This document shows positions 57,731 to 64,000 of a stretch of 64,000 bases of DNA, piece after piece. Position numbers and translations under genes: made by a program. The notes beneath the pieces were generated by a model. It had not been told where the DNA came from, did not search any database, and saw nothing but the letters and a program-made list of their open reading frames with translations. The number at the start of each line of letters is the position of its first letter. Position 1 is the first letter of the stretch. Source of the stretch: an uncultured Acidaminococcus sp. (GTDB lineage: Bacteria > Bacillota > Negativicutes > Acidaminococcales > Acidaminococcaceae); NCBI RefSeq assembly GCF_900538365.1, contig NZ_UPXT01000003.1; one strand, written 5' to 3'.

Positions 57731-59329
57731 TTATCTCCGTGCTTTAGCGGGCTCCATGTTGACGCGGAATCCGCGAATGGTGTTTTTGTGCATAACGGCC
57801 ATGACTTTTTCTGCTGAGTCAGCAGGAACTTCAACAAAACTGAATTTGTCATAGATGCTGATGCGCCCAATCGATTTCGCTGGAATCTCGGCTTCGATGG
57901 CAATGCTTTGGATAATGTCCCGTACCGTGACTTTGGCACTGCGGCCGATGTTGACAAACAGTCTAACCATGCCAGGGCGGGCCCCCGTGTTGGCAAGGGC
58001 TTCAGGCAGCGCATCCACAGCCTGGGGTTCTTCCAAGGCTTTATTGCCTTCCTGCATGAACTTGATGGCGGCCGCTGCAATATCGTGAATGTCATAATCA
58101 TTTTCCAGGGCTTCAGCGATAGGCAGATAATCATGATATTGGTTTTGCTCAAGGATGCTCTGCATTTTGGAAATGATCTGCTCCCGCTGCTTTTCAAGGA
58201 CGTTGGCATCAGTCGGAAGCTGGCCGCGGATGATTTTCGTTTTTACGCTCCGTTCAATGAGTTTTAACTGACGGAACTCACGGGGTGTGATAAAGGTCAA
58301 GGCAACCCCGGTGTTGCCAGCGCGTCCAGTACGGCCAATGCGATGGACGTAGCTTTCCGGATCCTGGGGAACATCGAAATTCACCACGTGGGTGATGTTG
58401 TCAATATCAATACCGCGGGCGGCTACATCTGTCGCGACGAGGATATCAACTTGATTTTGACGGAATTTCTTCATGACTCGATCACGCTGCGTCTGGCTCA
58501 GGTCCCCGTGAAGGCCTTCTGCCTCATATCCGCGGGTAGCAAGGGCAATGACGAGCTCATCTACGCCTTTTTTTGTGCGGCAGAAAATGATCATCTTGCA
58601 GTCATCTGTCGTATCAAGGATTCGGCACAGGCCATCCACTTTATCGCGCGTTTCATAATAATATTGATCAATGGTTGGCGCCGTCACAATTTCCTTGTGG
58701 ATGGCGACCACTTTTGGCGTCCGCATGTACTTTTTGCTGATGCTCAAGATTGGACGGGGCATCGTCGCTGAAAAAAGCATGGTCTGCCGTTCTGGTGGAA
58801 CTTGCTTGATGATGGCCTCAATGTCTTCAATGAACCCCATGTCAAGCATCTCATCAGCCTCATCAAGGACAAGGAAGTGGATATGGTCCAAACTGATGGT
58901 GCCGCGACGCAGATGATCCAAAAGACGGCCCGGGGTCCCAATAACGACCTGGATGCCATGTTTCAGGCTCCGAATCTGACGTTCAATCGGCTGTCCTCCA
59001 TATACAGGCAGGACATGGACACGTTTCAGCCGGCCAATTTTGCTGATTTCTTCCGCCACCTGGATGCATAGTTCCCTTGTTGGGGACATGACCAGGGCTT
59101 GGACATAGCGATTCTTTTCATCAATGGATTGGATGATGGGAATGCCAAAGGCCGCTGTCTTGCCCGTACCGGTTTGAGCCTGTCCGATGATATCATCCCC
59201 TTCCAAGGCAAGCGGAATGGCCCCTTTTTGGATGGGTGACGGTTCCTCAAAGCCCATATCTTTTAGGGCTGTGAGAATCTTTTTGTCAAGGTTCAGGTCT
59301 TCAAAGGTCGTAATTGTTGGTTCTGTCAT
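57731..59329 (-). CDS. cshA: DEAD-box ATP-dependent RNA helicase with C-terminal DbpA-type RNA-binding domain
   Basis: Q-motif, AQTGTGKT, DEAD and SAT motifs. TAGGAGA RBS before the ATG at 59329. Confidence 0.85.
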   Translation of the reverse strand: MTEPTITTFEDLNLDKKILTALKDMGFEEPSPIQKGAIPLALEGDDIIGQAQTGTGKTAAFGIPIIQSIDEKNRYVQALVMSPTRELCIQVAEEISKIGRLKRVHVLPVYGGQPIERQIRSLKHGIQVVIGTPGRLLDHLRRGTISLDHIHFLVLDEADEMLDMGFIEDIEAIIKQVPPERQTMLFSATMPRPILSISKKYMRTPKVVAIHKEIVTAPTIDQYYYETRDKVDGLCRILDTTDDCKMIIFCRTKKGVDELVIALATRGYEAEGLHGDLSQTQRDRVMKKFRQNQVDILVATDVAARGIDIDNITHVVNFDVPQDPESYVHRIGRTGRAGNTGVALTFITPREFRQLKLIERSVKTKIIRGQLPTDANVLEKQREQIISKMQSILEQNQYHDYLPIAEALENDYDIHDIAAAAIKFMQEGNKALEEPQAVDALPEALANTGARPGMVRLFVNIGRSAKVTVRDIIQSIAIEAEIPAKSIGRISIYDKFSFVEVPADSAEKVMAVMHKNTIRGFRVNMEPAKARR

Positions 59330-59360
59330 AGGTTCTCCTAACATACTTGTTTGGCACGAT

Positions 59361-60602
59361 TTATTTTTTAGCTTCATCCATGGCAAGAGCCATGGCGTTC
59401 ATTGCCGCACGGAGTTTGACTGTCGTGCGGGAAGCCCGATAGCGAAGTTCCTGTACAACCGTGCCATGCTTTGTTGCACAGGCTTCATAAACAAGTCCTA
59501 CTGGTTTATCCGGTGTACCGCCCGTAGGACCTGCAATCCCTGTAATACTGACACCGATATCGGAGCGCATCAAGCGGCGAACCCCTTCAGCCATGGCAAT
59601 CGCCGTTTCCTTGGATACCGCCGTATACGTATCAAGCGTTTCCTGAGGAACACCCAGGACCTCATGTTTGACCTGGTTGGTGTAGGAAACGACGGATCCA
59701 ATCAAGTATTGGGAACTTCCCGGCACGTCGGTCATAAGGCTTGAGGCGAGTCCGCCCGTGCAGGATTCTGCAAAAGCGATGGTCATTTTTTTTGCTCGCA
59801 GCAGCTTTCCCAGTGCTTCTCCCAAGGTTTCGTAGTCCGTTCCGTAAATATAGTCCCCCACTTTTGCACGGATTTTGGCTTCTTCTTTGTGAATGAGTGT
59901 CATGCATCCTTCCAGGCTTGCAGCTTTCGCTGTAAGCCGTACGAGGATTTCACCGCGGCGCGCATACAGAGCCACTGTTGGGTTGGTCTGCGCCATGATG
60001 ATATCATCAAGTTTTTCGGCCGTCATGGATTCGGTCAACCCTTTTAGATGGAGGATGCGGGAATGGATGATTCCTTGGCTCTGAAATTTCCGGCGAAGGT
60101 AAGGCATCATCTCGGTCTCAAGGACAAACTTAGTTTCTTCCGGCGGTCCTGGAAGCAGGATAAAAACCTTGCCATCATTCGTTTCAACGGCCATGCCCGG
60201 TGCTGTTCCCACATCATTATTGAGAATGACTGCGCCTTCCGGTACATAGGCCTGTTTTCTGTTATTAGGGCTCATGGTAAGCCCACGAGAGCCAAAATAA
60301 GCCTCCATTTTTTTCAGCCATTCCTCACTCAGCACAAGGGGCCGGCCAAGAAAATCGGCCACGGTCTGAGCCGTGATATCACCTCTTGTTGGCCCTAAGC
60401 CGCCCGTGAGGATAATGATCTGGGCACGCGTTTGCGCAATAGAAAGGGCTGCTAAAAGGCGCTTAGGATTATCCCCCACCGTTGACTGATAAAGGACACT
60501 GAAACCGGCGTCGTTCAGGGTTCTTGACAGGAGCTGGAAACTTGTATTGAGGATATCTCCCAACAAAAGCTCCGTTCCTGTACTGATGATTTCTACGTCC
60601 AC
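59361..60602 (-). CDS. cinA: Competence/damage-inducible protein CinA (MocF-like plus nicotinamide-nucleotide amidohydrolase domains)
   Basis: VDVEIISTGTELLLGDILNT N-terminus, 413 aa. GTG start with an AAAGGAG RBS. Confidence 0.85.
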   Translation of the reverse strand: MDVEIISTGTELLLGDILNTSFQLLSRTLNDAGFSVLYQSTVGDNPKRLLAALSIAQTRAQIIILTGGLGPTRGDITAQTVADFLGRPLVLSEEWLKKMEAYFGSRGLTMSPNNRKQAYVPEGAVILNNDVGTAPGMAVETNDGKVFILLPGPPEETKFVLETEMMPYLRRKFQSQGIIHSRILHLKGLTESMTAEKLDDIIMAQTNPTVALYARRGEILVRLTAKAASLEGCMTLIHKEEAKIRAKVGDYIYGTDYETLGEALGKLLRAKKMTIAFAESCTGGLASSLMTDVPGSSQYLIGSVVSYTNQVKHEVLGVPQETLDTYTAVSKETAIAMAEGVRRLMRSDIGVSITGIAGPTGGTPDKPVGLVYEACATKHGTVVQELRYRASRTTVKLRAAMNAMALAMDEAKK

Positions 60603-60609
60603 AGGACAT

Positions 60610-61938
60610 TCACTCCTTTACGAGGTGAGAAACCGCCTCATATGTAAAGCCTTGATCGATCTGGACCTTGACAAAAGCCCCTACAGGAATTCCCTTGGCA
60701 CCTTCAATGAAGATTTTACCGTCAATATCAGGGGCTTCAGCATAGGACCGCGCTACAGCAAGGTCCGGGTTTTCTTCATCATGACCCTCAACAAGAACCG
60801 TCAGGACCTTGCCTTCCCGTTCCTGCTGGATTTCCTCTGAAATTTTGGCTTGCAGCGTCATCAAGCGATGATAGCGTTCCTGTTTGGTGGCTTCATCAAT
60901 TTGGTTTTTCATGGAACCCGCCTCGGTTCCCTCTTCCTGGGAGTAAGTAAAGACACCTGCGCATTGGAAACGTTCTTTTTGTGCAAAGTCAAGGAGTTCC
61001 TCGAATTGCGCTTCCGTTTCTCCCGGAAAGCCAACAATGAAAGTAGTCCGCAGGCAGATATCAGGCATCTTTTTGCGGAGCTTAAAAAGGAGCGTTTGAA
61101 CCTGTTCCCGTGTATCCCTGCGGCGCATGGTCTTTAAAAGAGAATTGCTGGCATGCTGCAGCGGCAGGTCAACATAGTGGCAAACCTTCTCACATTGGGC
61201 CATTGTCTCAATGAGTTCATCAGAAAAGGATTCAGGATAGCAGTAAAGGATGCGAATCCATTTCAAGGCAGGGATTTCATTCAGGTCCCGCAAGAGTTCG
61301 GAAAGGCGCAGTTTGTGGTACAGATCGATCCCGTACTGCGTCGTATCTTGGGCAACCAGGATGACCTCCCGCGTACCATGCTGGACCAAGTTCCTTACTT
61401 CTTCTACAATTTCCTCATAGGGACGGCTGCGGTAAGGTCCCCGTATCTTCGGAATGGCACAATAGGAGCAGCAATTGCTGCAGCCTTCGGCAATCTTCAC
61501 ATAAGCGGTATATTGCGGAGTGGAAAGAACACGGCTCTTAGGCTGGGAATATTGCTTAGGGGCTTCAAGCAGCACAAAGCGCTCCCCATTTTCCACGCGG
61601 TCAATGACAGACCCAATGGCATCATAACATTCCGTCCCAATAATAGCATCCACTTCGGGCATCTCTTCAAAAAGTTCGTGGGCGTAACGCTGGCCCAAAC
61701 AACCCGTCATAATAAGTTTACGATGGGGATCTGTTTTCTTATATTCTGCCATCTGCAGGATGGTGTTGATGGATTCTGTTTTGGCACTTTCAATGAAACC
61801 ACAGGTATTGACGATAATGATGTCGGCATGGGACGGATCATTGGTCAGTTCCCATTTACGGTCACGGATAAGCCCCATCATGACCTCGGAATCAACGAGG
61901 TTCTTAGGGCATCCTAGGCTTACAACTCCGATTTTCAA
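60610..61938 (-). CDS. rimO: Ribosomal protein S12 methylthiotransferase RimO
   Basis: MTTase N-domain (IGVVSLGCPKN), radical-SAM CxxxCxxC (CSNCCSYC) and TRAM domain. The likely start is TTG at 61938, 6 nt after AGAGGAG. Confidence 0.85.
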   Translation of the reverse strand: MKIGVVSLGCPKNLVDSEVMMGLIRDRKWELTNDPSHADIIIVNTCGFIESAKTESINTILQMAEYKKTDPHRKLIMTGCLGQRYAHELFEEMPEVDAIIGTECYDAIGSVIDRVENGERFVLLEAPKQYSQPKSRVLSTPQYTAYVKIAEGCSNCCSYCAIPKIRGPYRSRPYEEIVEEVRNLVQHGTREVILVAQDTTQYGIDLYHKLRLSELLRDLNEIPALKWIRILYCYPESFSDELIETMAQCEKVCHYVDLPLQHASNSLLKTMRRRDTREQVQTLLFKLRKKMPDICLRTTFIVGFPGETEAQFEELLDFAQKERFQCAGVFTYSQEEGTEAGSMKNQIDEATKQERYHRLMTLQAKISEEIQQEREGKVLTVLVEGHDEENPDLAVARSYAEAPDIDGKIFIEGAKGIPVGAFVKVQIDQGFTYEAVSHLVKE

Positions 61939-61957
61939 CTTGGACTCCTCTCTTGAT

Positions 61958-63154
61958 TTACTGGGCACGGAAAGTTTTGCTCATGGTCCCCCACTCTGTA
62001 TCCTTCAGTTTGTAGTCTTTGCCGTTGACCTTGATGGATACGTCCCGAATGCTGCCAAAATTCAGTTTGACAGTGGATTTTCCATTGTACGTTCTTGTTG
62101 ACCCAGCACTGACCGTAGCCGTTTCCACACGTTTTCCGTCAATATCGGCTTCCGTCCAGACGGGTTTATTATACGTAACTGTCACCGTGACCCCATTTTT
62201 CTGTTCTTTTCCAAAGGCTTTGGTATCCCCTTTTTTCTCTTCCTTTTTCTCCGGCTGTTTCTCTTCTTTCTTTTCTTCTTCTGCCTTTCTAGTTGAAGAA
62301 TTTTCACTCTTTACACTGTCTGACAGACTCGTCGTTGCAGGGATTTCCGGCATGGTCTTGCCGCCAAACAGAAAATAAGCCATGACCACACAAAAGATTC
62401 CAAAGAAAACAGCAAAAACAATGCCGAAGATTCGAACGTTGAGATAGGCACTGACACCTTTTCGGCTGTCCTGGCGCTCTTTTTTTTGATACGCATAAAG
62501 CGGGCTTTCTTGTCTTTCTTCGCCATTTTCCAGCGCCTCATCGGCGGTGTCGTCGTCATCATCATCATCTTCATCATCCACTTCTTCATACAGGATGCCT
62601 TCAACGAAATGGCGCAGTTTCTTAACGATGCCAGGGTCTTCTTTTTGGTTGTTCCCAGGTTCCGATTCGTCATCGATTTCCTTGATGACGGCCTGCACCT
62701 TCGGGGTATTCTTTTCTTGTTCCTCTTCGGCTGCTTCCTCTTCCCACGAGCGTCTGGCCTCTTCCATCATGGAAGGGGTCACCACCATGGTACGCTCATC
62801 ATTGCTTTCGGACACGGAATCATCTGTAGAAGCAGGGGAAGAAGCCATTTCCTGGGGAACTTCCGACTCGGCTTTTACATCCAAAGAAGTTTTCTTTAGG
62901 GGTTCATGCAGGGCCTCTGGAGTGGCAAATCCCTTTGTATAGGCTTCAACAAGATCATTTCCGTTTTCCCCAAGAAAATTTCCATAATTCCGGATAAAAC
63001 CCTTAATAAAGACATCGCCAGGGATCTTTGTAAAATCCCCCGACTCGAGCGCGGTCAGATATTGCTCACGGATGCCGGTATGGGAGGCTACTTCCTCCAG
63101 GGTCATATTTTTTTCGCATCTCCGCTGCTTTAGGTATTCTCCAATATGCTTCAT
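61958..63154 (-). CDS. rodZ: RodZ-like cytoskeleton protein (XRE-HTH, TM segment, DUF4115), with poly-acidic linker
   Basis: N-terminal HTH ([34 protein letters not shown]), one TM helix, C-terminal DUF4115-like beta domain, and an Asp/Glu run ([17 protein letters not shown]). Confidence 0.75.
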   Translation of the reverse strand: MKHIGEYLKQRRCEKNMTLEEVASHTGIREQYLTALESGDFTKIPGDVFIKGFIRNYGNFLGENGNDLVEAYTKGFATPEALHEPLKKTSLDVKAESEVPQEMASSPASTDDSVSESNDERTMVVTPSMMEEARRSWEEEAAEEEQEKNTPKVQAVIKEIDDESEPGNNQKEDPGIVKKLRHFVEGILYEEVDDEDDDDDDDTADEALENGEERQESPLYAYQKKERQDSRKGVSAYLNVRIFGIVFAVFFGIFCVVMAYFLFGGKTMPEIPATTSLSDSVKSENSSTRKAEEEKKEEKQPEKKEEKKGDTKAFGKEQKNGVTVTVTYNKPVWTEADIDGKRVETATVSAGSTRTYNGKSTVKLNFGSIRDVSIKVNGKDYKLKDTEWGTMSKTFRAQ

Positions 63155-64000
63155 GAAAAGTCAGCCTCTTTCTTTGGGTTCTTGGTAAAGAAACGTTCCG
63201 CAATGGCAGCCTCACTCATAATGAGACTGCGGGGCTTGCTCCCTTCACTGGGACCTACAATTCCTTTTTCTTCCATCATGTCTACAAGCCGCGCGGCACG
63301 GGTATAGCCGATACGGAACTTTCGCTGGAGCATGGAACTGGACGCCTGGTGGGTAGAAACAACAAGACGCAGGGCATCTTCAAATAAGTCGTCCTCAGCC
63401 TCGTCCTCCCCTTCCCCGCCAGCATGCTTTTTCTTATCTTCTGATAAAGCTTGGGTTGTTACTTCTTCCTCATACGCCGTTGGAATGGATTCGGATTTGA
63501 TGAAGTCAACAATCCGTCCCAATTCCTCGTCCGTGATGAATGCACCCTGGACACGGGTCGGCTTATTGGCACCTGTCGGGAAATAGAGCATATCCCCACG
63601 GCCCAAAAGGTTTTCAGCCCCGCTCATATCGAGGATGGTCCGACTGTCCGTATTGGAAGACACAGCAAAGGCAATCCGCGAAGGGATATTGGCCTTGATG
63701 GTACCTGTCAGGACGTCGACACTCGGACGCTGTGTGGCAAGGATCAAATGGATTCCTGCAGCACGAGCCTTTTGGGCAAGACGCAGGATAGCGTCTTCTA
63801 CATCGACAGCGGCAACCATCATCAAGTCACTGAGTTCGTCGATGATGACAACAATAAAGGGCAGAGCTTCATCACTAGGGACAAGGGCATTATAATCGTC
63901 AATTTTCCTTACTTGCGTTTTGGCAAAAAGGCTGTAGCGCCGTTCCATCTCAACAACGGCCCAATGAAGGGCGGAGGCGGCCTGTTTAGGTCCTGTAACA
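63151..64000 (-). CDS. ftsK: DNA translocase FtsK/SpoIIIE, C-terminal part (N-terminus lies beyond the window end)
   Basis: Motor-domain C-terminus plus gamma wHTH ([34 protein letters not shown]). The ORF is open to the window edge. Confidence 0.85.
   Translation of the reverse strand, partial: VTGPKQAASALHWAVVEMERRYSLFAKTQVRKIDDYNALVPSDEALPFIVVIIDELSDLMMVAAVDVEDAILRLAQKARAAGIHLILATQRPSVDVLTGTIKANIPSRIAFAVSSNTDSRTILDMSGAENLLGRGDMLYFPTGANKPTRVQGAFITDEELGRIVDFIKSESIPTAYEEEVTTQALSEDKKKHAGGEGEDEAEDDLFEDALRLVVSTHQASSSMLQRKFRIGYTRAARLVDMMEEKGIVGPSEGSKPRSLIMSEAAIAERFFTKNPKKEADFS

Noticed and set aside
1-64000. Mobile elements, prophage, CRISPR or restriction-modification or toxin-antitoxin defence islands
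   Set aside because: No transposase, phage structural gene, terminase, cas gene, methyltransferase or TA pair was recognisable in any frame. The only recombinase is the housekeeping XerC in its conserved context.

Overview
This is a 64 kb chromosomal window from a Firmicutes-type genome (Clostridia or Negativicutes-like, about 50% GC). Supporting signals are an IspH–ribosomal protein S1 fusion, a standalone [FeFe]-hydrogenase maturase HydF, CodY, and the Bacillus-like dprA–topA–trmFO–xerC–codY synteny. The window is densely packed with housekeeping genes, almost all on the + strand from 1 to 54 kb, with a minus-strand operon ftsK–rodZ–rimO–cinA–DEAD-box helicase–hflX–ynbB at the 3' end. It contains one tRNA, Pro(GGG), with its own promoter and terminator. 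No transposases, integrases other than XerC, CRISPR arrays or obvious prophage genes are visible. Seven places deserve a second look. (1) A tight operon of histidine phosphatase, a standalone DUF2156 aminoacyl-tRNA transferase domain and an Eis-like GNAT sits immediately upstream of purL. (2) A single protein fuses SfsA to a DUF123/GIY-YIG-like domain. (3) A frameshifted membrane-protein gene is clustered with a second polytopic membrane protein and an M20 amidohydrolase. (4) The region around lexA is AT-rich and largely non-coding, with TTGACT repeats, a ~100-nt polypyrimidine tract and a palindrome overlapping the lexA −35. (5) A ~700-bp gene-free convergent region ends in a perfect 18-bp bidirectional hairpin. 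(6) HflX carries a ~190-aa N-terminal extension. (7) TopA ends in a lysine-rich KKTA-repeat tail. All product calls are from reading the translations and were not checked against any database.
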